A stretch of 64,000 bases of DNA from Nostoc sp. (GTDB taxonomy: Bacteria > Cyanobacteriota > Cyanobacteriia > Cyanobacteriales > Nostocaceae). The DNA is taken from contig JBALDB010000015.1 in NCBI GenBank assembly GCA_036918135.1, positions 128,001-192,000 of the forward strand. Reading direction: 5' to 3'. Made by a program: the position numbers and the translations under genes. This document shows, in pieces, positions 1 to 8,551 of the stretch; within the stretch, counting starts at the first letter, position 1, and every line of letters starts with the position of its first letter. The notes under the pieces were generated by a model. It did not search any database. It was not told the DNA's origin and was given only the letters and a program-made list of their open reading frames with translations.

Positions 1-262
1 GCCTTGCTAACGTCATCTGCCAAGACTGAATTTGTCCAGATGTCTGAATACGGGAGCTTTTATCGCAGATGCGTTCTACTTCCTTGGCAATGCGCTTTGC
101 TAAAGCTTGGACGCACCTGGGTGCTGCTTTCACTTGTGCTTGCATTTCCTGACACAGTAATTGAATCAAGGTATCAGTGCTACTAGCTAGCAGTTCTTCG
201 CCAGAAACGCGATTCTCAAAAACTGGTGTAGAGTTTAGTAGATTGGCGACATTAGCTTTCAT
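1..262 (-). CDS. HetZ-related protein, 5' part (runs off window edge; absent from ORF track)
   Basis: Manual translation from ATG at 262: MKANVANLLNSTPVFENRVSGEELLASSTDTLIQLLCQEMQAQVKAAPRCVQALAKRIAKEVERICDKSSRIQTSGQIQSWQMTLAR. The 'RIxxEVxRICxxSxRIQxSG...MTLAR' pattern resembles the HetZ-family N-terminus. Confidence 0.7.
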   Translation of the reverse strand, partial: MKANVANLLNSTPVFENRVSGEELLASSTDTLIQLLCQEMQAQVKAAPRCVQALAKRIAKEVERICDKSSRIQTSGQIQSWQMTLAR

Positions 263-646
263 AACTTTTCCAGAGAGTAGTATTGCACCGTAATTACAAC
301 GCAGACACAGCGATCGAGGCTGGTCTTTGCTGGAGAATCTTTGGGCATTCATCCATCAAGACTTGCCCCATGTAATGCTCACATCTAAAGCTCATATTTA
401 AAACTGTAGGAAATACGATAGAGTTACAGCTAAAACAATGTGTCGGTTCTTTCACAAACCACCACATTGATGCTAGTAAATGGATACGCAGCATTTTTTC
501 AAAGTTGTTAAATGCCTTGCTGTAGCGAGTGTTGCCACCATTGTGTTATACCCACTGCAATCGCCTTTAATTATGACAATTTAAAAACTGGAGTTGTTTA
601 AATCACAATTTCCGAAACCAAGACGTGCGCTAATGAAATATGATTC

Positions 647-1306
647 TTATACCCATGCTGCCGCAGCTTCCCAACCTAAACCCCTCCGTACAATTACTGC
701 TTCATCTGCTGTTAAATCCAAAATAGTAGACACTTCATACGTAGGTTCCTCGCCAGTATCTACAATGATGTCTACGAATTTGTCCAAACGGTCAAATAGC
801 TCTGCCCGCGATTGAATAGTTTCAGGATCTATGTGAATTAAGCTACTATTTACTTCATCTGGGGGCACATGTGCGGAAGTTGAAATAATTGGATTGCCTA
901 AGGCTGCCAGCAGAGCCAAACACACAGTATGGTTTGGCACTCTAATTCCAGTAGTTTTCCGTTTGGGATTTTGCACCAATCGCGGTACTAACTTAGTGGC
1001 TGGGAGTAAAAACGTGTATGTACCAGGAATTAAGCGCTTCATAATCCGATAAGCTGTGTCACTTACGAAGGCATAAGTTGCCACATTTGAAAGCGAGGGA
1101 CATAAAAATGTTAGTGGTTTATCATTTGCTAGCTGCTTAATTTGTCGCACTCGTTCTACCGCCGACTTGGCATTCAAATCACAACCGATCGCATAGACTG
1201 TATCAGTAGGGTAAAGCATGACAGCGCCACTAGAAAGCGCTGACTTTATTTCTTCTATTCGGCGAATTTGAGGATTATCCGGATGAACTGGGAAAATTTT
1301 TGCCAT
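647..1306 (-). CDS. yciO: L-threonylcarbamoyladenylate synthase family protein (Sua5/YciO/YrdC, YciO-like)
   Basis: HPDNPQ N-terminus, PTDTVYAIGC, GIRVP and STSA motifs. Confidence 0.88.
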   Translation of the reverse strand: MAKIFPVHPDNPQIRRIEEIKSALSSGAVMLYPTDTVYAIGCDLNAKSAVERVRQIKQLANDKPLTFLCPSLSNVATYAFVSDTAYRIMKRLIPGTYTFLLPATKLVPRLVQNPKRKTTGIRVPNHTVCLALLAALGNPIISTSAHVPPDEVNSSLIHIDPETIQSRAELFDRLDKFVDIIVDTGEEPTYEVSTILDLTADEAVIVRRGLGWEAAAAWV

Positions 1307-1380
1307 AGGACGGGTGGGGACTGGGGATGAGGGAGACGCGAGGACGCGGGGACGGGGAGAAAAACTAATGACTAATGACT

Positions 1381-2661
1381 ATGAATAAAATCGCTTATCT
1401 TCAATGTCCGACAGGAATCTCCGGTGACATGTGCCTGGGAGCATTGGTCAGTTTGGGTGTTCCTGTGGAGTATTTAATTGAAAAACTCAATGGATTGGGA
1501 ATTGAACGCGAATATGAGTTAACAGCAGAACCTGTGCAACGCAATGGTCAGCAGGCGACTAAAGTACACGTGCATTTAGTAGACCATCATCACCACCACG
1601 ATCGCGAACACAGTCATCATCACGGCCGGCATCTGCCAGAAATAGAGGCAATGATTTTCAAAGCGGGATTGCCATCACGGGCACAAGCTTGGAGTTTGGC
1701 AGTATTCCGGCAGCTAGCAGTAGCAGAAGGGGCAGTGCATGGCATTTCTCCTGAAAAAGTTCATTTTCATGAGGTAGGTGCTGTAGATGCGATTGTCGAT
1801 ATTGTGGGGACTTGCTTAGGGTTAGATTGGTTAGGGATTGAGAGCAACGAGTCAGGATTGCCCTTACTATATTGCTCGGCATTTCCGACTGGTGGCGGCA
1901 TCGTTAAGGCAGCACACGGCCAAATGGCTGTACCAGTACCAGCGGTATTAAAGCTGTGGGAAATGCGGAGTTGTCCAGTTTATAGCAACGGTATTGAACG
2001 AGAACTGGTGACACCAACAGGAGCGGCGATCGCCACTACCTTGGCCAGAGAATTTGGTTCACCACCCCCGATCGCTATCAAGCAGATAGGATTGGGAGCA
2101 GGAACCATAAATTTACCCATCCCCAATATTTTACGCCTCTGGCTGGGCGAAAGCGCAATTTTACAGTCGGATTTCAATGATTCTAGGGATAATAGCTCAA
2201 ATCTAGAAACCATATCCGTACTAGAAACCCAAATTGATGATTTAAATCCTCAAGCGATCGGTTACGTGTTTGAAGCCTTGTTTGCGGCTGGTGCGCTGGA
2301 TGTTTTTACTCAAGCGATCGCCATGAAAAAGTCCCGTCCAGGGATTTTGCTAACTGTAATCTGTCATCCAGATAATTTACTTCGTTGTGAAGCAGTTATA
2401 TTCCGCGAAACCACAACATTGGGTATTCGGCGAACTAATCAACAACGTGCCATTTTAGAACGAGAAAGTCAACAAGTGGAAACTGAATATGGCAAAGTGC
2501 GCGTCAAAGTAGCATGGAAAGGGCGATCGCCAGAAAAAGTTATTGCTAATGTGCAGCCAGAGTATGAAGATTGTGCAGAATTAGCCAAAAAACATAATAT
2601 TCCCTGGCGGGAAATTCAACGGCTAGCGCTACAGCGTTGGTATTTAGAGAATCAAAGTTAG
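1381..2661 (+). CDS. larC: Nickel pincer cofactor biosynthesis protein LarC
   Basis: GISGDM, His-rich loop, VHFHEVGAVDAIVD, ELVTPTGAA, MKKSRPG, ETTTLGIR and PEYEDC motifs. Confidence 0.92.
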   Translation: MNKIAYLQCPTGISGDMCLGALVSLGVPVEYLIEKLNGLGIEREYELTAEPVQRNGQQATKVHVHLVDHHHHHDREHSHHHGRHLPEIEAMIFKAGLPSRAQAWSLAVFRQLAVAEGAVHGISPEKVHFHEVGAVDAIVDIVGTCLGLDWLGIESNESGLPLLYCSAFPTGGGIVKAAHGQMAVPVPAVLKLWEMRSCPVYSNGIERELVTPTGAAIATTLAREFGSPPPIAIKQIGLGAGTINLPIPNILRLWLGESAILQSDFNDSRDNSSNLETISVLETQIDDLNPQAIGYVFEALFAAGALDVFTQAIAMKKSRPGILLTVICHPDNLLRCEAVIFRETTTLGIRRTNQQRAILERESQQVETEYGKVRVKVAWKGRSPEKVIANVQPEYEDCAELAKKHNIPWREIQRLALQRWYLENQS

Positions 2662-3011
2662 GCTACTCAAATCTTGCGCCAAAGCCAAAAGACTGAAAGT
2701 TGTGGCTAAATAAATTAAGTTTGCTCTCAAGTTCTCAATCTCAAAAAAGTCTGGGCTAATACCGTTTTACTGTAAAGCTCCGCCAAACTCTCTTACATCT
2801 GGAGTTTGTTGTGTCCTTTGCGTCTACCCTATCGTAAGCCACTTGTCTAAGAAACGCTGCACGAACGTGTCTAAGTGGTTCGTTTTTAATTTCCTAAAAA
2901 GGGTAAGACTTAAAGTCATAAAAGCCTGCTTACGCAGGCTTTGTTTGAGTAGTGCCAGATTTAAGTCTCTGAGCGCTTTAAGATTTTTGCAAGAAAATTG
3001 AATGACTTATT

Positions 3012-3578
3012 TTAATCTACGTTTCTAACTGTCCTTTTTACCGCGTCACCTGCATCTTCAGCTCCACGCTGAACATTTTTCGTCACGTCTTCAGTAGCAT
3101 TCTGGGTATTACCCTTAATATTTTCAATTCCTCGCTTAGTCCCCTTAGCTACACCTTCCCCAACTTCTTTAGCTGAACTGCCAATATCTTCACCCAAATT
3201 TTTGACTCTTTCACCTAAAGGTGTACCTTTTTGGAAATTTTTGACATATTGTTCTCGAGAGTCAACACTTTTCTGCTCGATGTTCTTCTGAGCATTTTTT
3301 GCTAGCGCATCAGCTCTATCATTAGCTGCCTTTTCATCTAATGCTCTAGGATCTACATCACTGAAGTTATTTATTCCACCAGTGGGAGAAGACAGAGGAT
3401 AATCTTTCGTGGGATCGTATCGTTCAGTATTAGGTGCTTGAGCGCCAGGCTGTGGTGGTTGCGTTGCTATTCCCGGAGCACCACAAGCTTGGGTCAAAAA
3501 CAGAAACATGCCTGCCAAAAAAACCGTTAAAATTTTCAAGGGACGAATATTTTTCAGCCAAGTACCTACTTTTTTCAT
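3012..3578 (-). CDS. Hypothetical putative lipoprotein with hydrophilic LEA/CsbD-like C-terminus
   Basis: Likely start MKKVG at 3578 after a GGGAG RBS; hydrophobic signal ending in TQAC; charged amphipathic repeats. Confidence 0.7.
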   Translation of the reverse strand: MKKVGTWLKNIRPLKILTVFLAGMFLFLTQACGAPGIATQPPQPGAQAPNTERYDPTKDYPLSSPTGGINNFSDVDPRALDEKAANDRADALAKNAQKNIEQKSVDSREQYVKNFQKGTPLGERVKNLGEDIGSSAKEVGEGVAKGTKRGIENIKGNTQNATEDVTKNVQRGAEDAGDAVKRTVRNVD

Positions 3579-3678
3579 ACTTCTACTCCCTGCATTTTTG
3601 TCATGTAAGTTAATTATCAGCCAAAATGGCATTTGTAATTAATTAACAAATCTCAAACTTTGAGACAAAATTAAAGTT

Positions 3679-4245
3679 CTATCTGTTGAGTGCTGGATTT
3701 GGTTGTAATTCAGGTCTGGCACTGCCCTCATCTGCCTTGTCTTTCAAAAAGCCAGAAGCCTTCTCAACAGTCTCTTTTACAGTCTCAAGCCGCTCTTTAA
3801 CGCGAGTTCCTACATTGGGTTCGTTTTGAATCAAACCACCGGGTTTAGGCTGTTGAAAGTCCTCTTCAGTGATGATTGGCAGTTCCGCGTCTTTGTTAAT
3901 TCTACCTGCTGGTGTCTCAGCACCAGGATAGAGTATCTCAGATTCACTATTCGTAGCAATCAACAATTGTGGGCTTAGTTGTAGGCTAGCTTGGTCACGT
4001 CCTTGATTCTTTTTTGGGTTTGTTATTTTGGGGTCAGTGGACATTCTGTAGTTGGTATACTTATCTCCACCGTTCTTATAAGGATTGTTCGCTCCACCAG
4101 CTTGCACGGCAGGATTTTGGGGATTTGCACCTTGGGCATTTGCCCCACTACAAGCAGTGTTAACTATCAATAATAGTCCAGCTAAAAAGACAGTCAATAT
4201 TTGGCGTAATCGTAGTTTTTTCAAGAATACTATCACAGCGTTCAC
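3679..4245 (-). CDS. Hypothetical putative lipoprotein (DUF6658-like)
   Basis: GTG start after a GGAGG RBS; signal LRQILTVFLAGLLLIVNTAC; PAVQAGGANNPYK motif. Confidence 0.7.
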   Translation of the reverse strand: MNAVIVFLKKLRLRQILTVFLAGLLLIVNTACSGANAQGANPQNPAVQAGGANNPYKNGGDKYTNYRMSTDPKITNPKKNQGRDQASLQLSPQLLIATNSESEILYPGAETPAGRINKDAELPIITEEDFQQPKPGGLIQNEPNVGTRVKERLETVKETVEKASGFLKDKADEGSARPELQPNPALNR

Positions 4246-4588
4246 AGAATCCTCCTTACCGAACTATTAATTAAGTTCATAAATTTGCTGAATGATTTAA
4301 TTTATCAGCAAGTTTTTGTACTTGTTTTTTTTGGCTAATCTTTAATAACCTTTATTAAGAATATGAATGATTAAATAAGCTTTACCTCTAGCGCAAGTCA
4401 CATTTTAATTAATATAAAAACAATATTTTTATCTAACTCTAGAGAGATATAAATTAAAATAATAATTATTGGTTATAAATATGACGAATAAAATAATAAG
4501 ATTTTCAAAGTTCTGGATATATAGCTTATATATCACCAAATTTGAAGTATTTAGCCCTTATTCCTTTAACCGTTAAATTACTAAATTC

Positions 4589-5506
4589 ATGAAGCAATTT
4601 TTACACTGGATAATTTGGGGTGGAACGTTGTTTTTTTTAGGGAAAGCCCTGAAGGATAATTGGATTGAAGTGATTGCTATCCGCATTGATGGGGTAGGAT
4701 GGGCAATTATAGCGATCGCAACAGTTGTTACTTTACTGGCACATACCTGGGCTGGCTGGATTTGGACTTGGGTTTTACAAGAGTTAAATCAACCCGTATC
4801 ATCTTCCCAGTTTATCCAAGTTTACCTAAAAACTAATATTGCCAAGTATTTGCCAGGTAATATCTGGCATTACTACGGACGAATTCTTGCCGCCAAAAAT
4901 GCCAATGTTTCTGCTGGTGCAGCTACCTTAAGCGTTTTGCTCGAACCGTTACTTATGGCAACGGCTGCTTTAATCATTATTATTCTATTCAGTAGCAAAT
5001 TTGCTGCAAATACTACTGTAATTGGACAATCCTTACAATTAGTAAGTTTAGCTGTGGTGCTTTGTGCAGTTCATCCCCGATTTTTAAACCCAGCTATTCG
5101 TTTTTTATCCAAACTTAAGGCAAAAAAAACCGATCCTAATACTCAGCCAAGTGTCGTTTTAACTATTAAACGCTATCCTCTACGACCTTTATTAGGGGAA
5201 TTGGGCTTTTTAGGTTTGCGTGGCATCGGGTTTATTTTAACTGTATTTGCACTTAATTCTGTTAATTGGAATCAGATTCCCTTGTTACTAGGGGCTTTTA
5301 GTTGCGCTTGGTTGCTGGGGTTAGTGATTCCAGGTGCACCAGGTGGGTTAGGCGTGTTTGAAGCGACTGCTTATCAACTTTTACGACACGAGTTTCCAGC
5401 AGCCTTAATATTTAGTGCGATCGCTCTATATCGCCTCGTTAGTATTCTAGCGGAAACTGCTGGTGCTGCCTTGGCTTGGTTACACCAAGGGCTTGCCAAA
5501 TCATGA
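4589..5506 (+). CDS. Lysylphosphatidylglycerol synthase TM-domain / flippase-like membrane protein (UPF0104)
   Basis: Multiple TM helices; KYLPG and PGAPGGLGVFE motifs. Confidence 0.85.
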   Translation: MKQFLHWIIWGGTLFFLGKALKDNWIEVIAIRIDGVGWAIIAIATVVTLLAHTWAGWIWTWVLQELNQPVSSSQFIQVYLKTNIAKYLPGNIWHYYGRILAAKNANVSAGAATLSVLLEPLLMATAALIIIILFSSKFAANTTVIGQSLQLVSLAVVLCAVHPRFLNPAIRFLSKLKAKKTDPNTQPSVVLTIKRYPLRPLLGELGFLGLRGIGFILTVFALNSVNWNQIPLLLGAFSCAWLLGLVIPGAPGGLGVFEATAYQLLRHEFPAALIFSAIALYRLVSILAETAGAALAWLHQGLAKS

Positions 5507-5544
5507 ATAATTCGTAATTATAAACTACAAATTATCAATTGTTT

Positions 5545-5653
5545 TATAGCACGAGGCCAAGGGCAGGAGGCAGCTATGCTGGAGGTAAAAACATTACTCT
5601 TCCTGATATTCATGCTTGTTATTATATTCTAACGTTATATGACTACGGCTATA
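5545..5653. repeat. Dispersed TATAGC...GCTATA MITE-like repeat (copy 1)
   Basis: Aligns by eye with 53905-53994 (gctggaggtaaaaacattactcttcct vs gctggaagtaaaactattactgttcct; shared tgactacggctata). Confidence 0.6.
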
Positions 5654-6157
5654 TTATCAATTTTGAGTTAGCATCAAGGGCGTATTTTTCGCTTATCTCT
5701 ATGCATTCAATCTCTGCGAGCGGATTTTTAAATCAACTTCAGAAAATTTTAATTATTTAGCAGTTATTTATATTAATAAATAAAAATTGTGACTTTACCC
5801 ATAACTTTGCCACTCTTGGAAGCATAACTTTGCCGCAGTAGGGCCTAAAACCCTTATTGTTCGGTGAGGATATGATCCCTGTTTCTTAAGTAATGGAACC
5901 ATAAGTTTGCCGCTAATATAATTTTGAAGCATAAGCTTGCCGCGAGTTATTTTTCCCCTTCTTGAACTAAAAAAATTGAACTTTCTAGTCTTAAAGGTTG
6001 CGCGTCTCAAGGTAGCCAGAATGCGACTTATATTCGCGCTATTTTCCCCTGAAATTTTTCCTTTTGATTGAAGTGTCTGTCAAGAATTCAATACAGCGCG
6101 ATATTTGGTTGACTAGTTCTTCTATTAGCTCATCTTCCCACGAGTAATTATAAAATT

Positions 6158-6343
6158 TTATTTCTTGTAGCGCCCCATAAACACAGCCATCATCTGATTC
6201 AACTCGTTAAGCTGTATTTCTAACAAATCAGTTCTTTCCTCTGTAATCTGAACTTGTTCGCGTAATTTATCTATACTTTGCTCCAATAAATCCACCCTGT
6301 CTTCAACAGAATCTTCTGGTAAACCTAAATACTGGGCGATCGC
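6158..6343 (-). pseudogene. Truncated cargo gene remnant (coiled-coil C-terminus, possibly CopG/RHH-type)
   Basis: AIAQYLGLPEDSVEDRVDLLEQSIDKLREQV...; the 5' boundary coincides with a HIP1 site where tnsB sequence begins on the other strand. Confidence 0.5.
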
Positions 6344-7011
6344 CCATTTGAAATTGCTCATATTGACCATACAGAATTAGATGTTGAATTAGTGTGTTCC
6401 CGTACTGGTCGTTCATTGGGTAGACCTTGGGTAACTTTCTTGATAGATGCTTATTCCAGAAGATTCTTAGCTGTTTATTTGACTTTTGACTCACCTTCCT
6501 ATCGCTCTTGCTTGATGGTGTTACGATTATGCGTTCAACGCCACAACCGTTTACCACAGATAATTGTGGTAGATAACGGTGCAGAATTTCATAGCGTTTA
6601 TTTTGAAACGCTTTTAGCCACTTTTGAATGTACAAAAAAAATCGACCTCCAGCCAAAGCGCGGTTTGGTTCTGTATGCGAACGTCTGTTTGGTACTTCCA
6701 ACACTCAATTTATCCATAACTTGCTCGGTAATACACAGATAACTCGTAACGTTCGCCAAGTAACCAAGTCAGTTAACCCTAAAAATCAAGCTATTTGGAC
6801 ACTGGGATTGCTTTACGAATATCTTTGCGCTTGGGCTTACGAAGTTTACGATGCAGATGAACATCCTGCTCTTTTCCAGAGTCCGAGGGATGCTTTTGTT
6901 ACTGGTATGGCGATCGGCGGTAGTCGGCTTCACCGCATGATTCCTTACGATGAAAACTTTCAGATTCTTACCTTACCTACAACCTCTGAGAGAAAAGCGA
7001 AAGTTCGATAG
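6335..7011 (+). pseudogene. tnsB: TnsB (Mu-type DDE transposase) catalytic-core fragment, frameshifted
   Basis: GDRPFEIAHIDHTELDVELVCSRTGRSLGRPW...IDAYSRR...VVDNGAEF, a 1-nt loss in the A8 run at 6634-6641, then RPPAKARFGSVCERLFGT...; truncated at both ends. Confidence 0.85.
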
Positions 7012-7366
7012 CGATCGCACTCAACAATTACTTGAAAATGTCCTTCAAGCGAATGAACAACCGCTACCTATGACAGCAGTAGCGAAACGCCTTGGGTATC
7101 CTAAGCGAGTTCTTTACAGGCATTTGCCAGAGCTATGCCGAGCGATTTCAGCCGAGTACGTTAAGTATATGAAAGAATCTCGCATCAAACGAATCGAACA
7201 CTGTTGCGAGGAGGTAAAACAAGCTGTTAGGCAAGTTCACACTGAAGGTATTTATCCTAGTGAGGCAGCTATTTCAAAGCTGTTGGCTAAACCAGGATGT
7301 TTTCGCGACAAACAAGTTCGCGCTGCTTTAAGGGCAGCGCGAAGAGAAATTTGTTTGGAACCATAA
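6990..7366 (+). pseudogene. tnsD: C-terminal fragment of TnsD/TniQ target selector
   Basis: HTH-like repeat 'PMTAVAKRLGY..VLYRHLPELCRAISAEY' and 'EGIYPSEAAISKLLAKPG', typical of cyanobacterial TnsD C-termini; no N-terminal TniQ domain. Confidence 0.7.
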
Positions 7367-7459
7367 CCTTGCCACCCTTTATTGGAAGCATAAACTTGCC
7401 GTTGCGGCAAAGTTATGGGTAAAGTCACACAATCGACTTTCGGTATTTTAAATTTTTAG

Positions 7460-7845
7460 TGGGGGTGGAGGGACTTGAACCCACACGACCTTTTACGGTC
7501 AACGGATTTTCATTCTCTTGCAGTTTTCACCGCTACCTGATGACAATAGCCAGTTCAGATTTTGAGAATCGGACTCTCCCTTTACCCTCGACTTAACGTT
7601 AGGGTAGCTCCCGTCGGGTCTCTGCACCTTCCGAATAATTATGAGTTAGGAGTTAAGAGTTATGAGTTTTAAATTTACTCAGGACTCAACACTCACGACT
7701 CAGAACTTTTTTCGGCTTGGCTCAGGATTGCCATGTCTGTCACTAGATTTAGGTTTCCCTGAGTTTGAGAGCTTCCACTTGAGGGATTTCTCCTTCAAGG
7801 CTCAATTATTTAAGTCCGTAGCGTCTACCATTCCGCCACACCCCC
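7460..7845 (-). tRNA. trnL: tRNA-Leu(UAA), interrupted by a group I intron
   Basis: 5' exon GGGGGTGTGGCGGAATGGTAGACGCTACGGACTT (7845-7812); 3' exon AAAATCCGTTGACCGTAAAAGGTCGTGTGGGTTCAAGTCCCTCCACCCCCA (7510-7460). Confidence 0.97.
7511..7811 (-). ncRNA. Group I intron of trnL(UAA), 301 nt
   Basis: Inserted within the anticodon (U|AA); begins AAATAATTGAGCC, contains GGCAATCCTGAGCCAA and GGTGCAGAGAC core motifs, ends GAGAATG. Confidence 0.95.
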
Positions 7846-8314
7846 GCAGGTGTTCGGTAACTACTTATTTTGTAGAGGCGGCAAATACCTCCTCATCTAT
7901 TGCATCATCAATTGTGTCTTTTGTCCAACTAGATTGAAAATATTTTTCCAATTGTAAGTCTTTTTTGTTTTTTGCTAACTAATTTGGAGGAATATTTTCG
8001 AGCTTGCTTGACAATAGCATTGATTTGCTACTGGATTTAATATATTAGCATCATCTAGCTGAAATATGTCAATATCAAGACTTTTTTTAATCTTTATAAT
8101 GCGGCGGCGATCGCTAATCCCTTGGTTTATTAATGTTTCGGCAAAGTATGTTGAAAGCACCCTACCACTGGCTAGAAGTGAAATAAACACCTTCTTTCCT
8201 CACTACCTACTCTCTACTCCCTACACCTGTATTTATTGAAAGCATCATGATTACACTTCCCTGAGTTTCGCTCTTGCGCCTATGATGAGAAATAGATGCT
8301 TAGACAAAAAAGTT

Positions 8315-8527
8315 ATGATTGTCGCCCTGCTGTATCTGATTTTGGCTGGAGCTTATCTTCTAATAATCCCGATCGCTGTCTTGCTCTATCTAAAGCAGCG
8401 TTGGTATGCAGCTAGCTCCATCGAGCGCCTGTTGATGTACTTTTTGGTGTTCTTCTTCTTTCCGGGTTTATTGGTTTTATCACCGTTTCTAAATTTTCGA
8501 CCCCGGCCGCGACAAATTGAAGTTTAA
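8315..8527 (+). CDS. ndhL: NAD(P)H-quinone oxidoreductase subunit L
   Basis: [16 protein letters not shown]...RWY...[15 protein letters not shown]...NFRP; conserved ndhL-DUF3007-trpA order. Confidence 0.93.
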   Translation: MIVALLYLILAGAYLLIIPIAVLLYLKQRWYAASSIERLLMYFLVFFFFPGLLVLSPFLNFRPRPRQIEV

Positions 8528-8551
8528 CAAAATTGGTAGGTCATAAATCTC

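Larger units (their letters stand above)
5788..7429. mobile_element. Internally deleted, non-autonomous Tn7-like transposon inserted downstream of tRNA-Leu
   Basis: Perfect 24-bp terminal IR TGTGACTTTACCCATAACTTTGCC (5788-5811 / 7406-7429); CATAANYTTGCC repeats at 5800, 5823, 5900, 5930, 7362, 7389 and inverted at 7406-7417; internal tnsB and tnsD/tniQ fragments. Confidence 0.9.

Noticed and set aside
1570..1630. His-rich stretch in larC as a novelty
   Set aside because: A normal feature of LarC nickel-binding proteins.
5798..5945. Four spaced repeats as a mini CRISPR array
   Set aside because: The repeats are 12-bp cores with irregular spacing (23, 77, 30 bp) and match the terminal IR. They fit TnsB-binding sites, and no cas genes are present.
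6628..6645. Programmed -1 frameshift in tnsB at the A8 run
   Set aside because: The gene is truncated at both ends, so simple homopolymer decay or a sequencing slip is more parsimonious.
5783..7434. 5-bp target site duplication
   Set aside because: The flanks are AAAAT and CAATC, so no TSD is claimed.
7662..7937. 91-aa ORF as an intron-encoded protein
   Set aside because: It is antisense to the tRNA and intron, and has no homing-endonuclease motifs.
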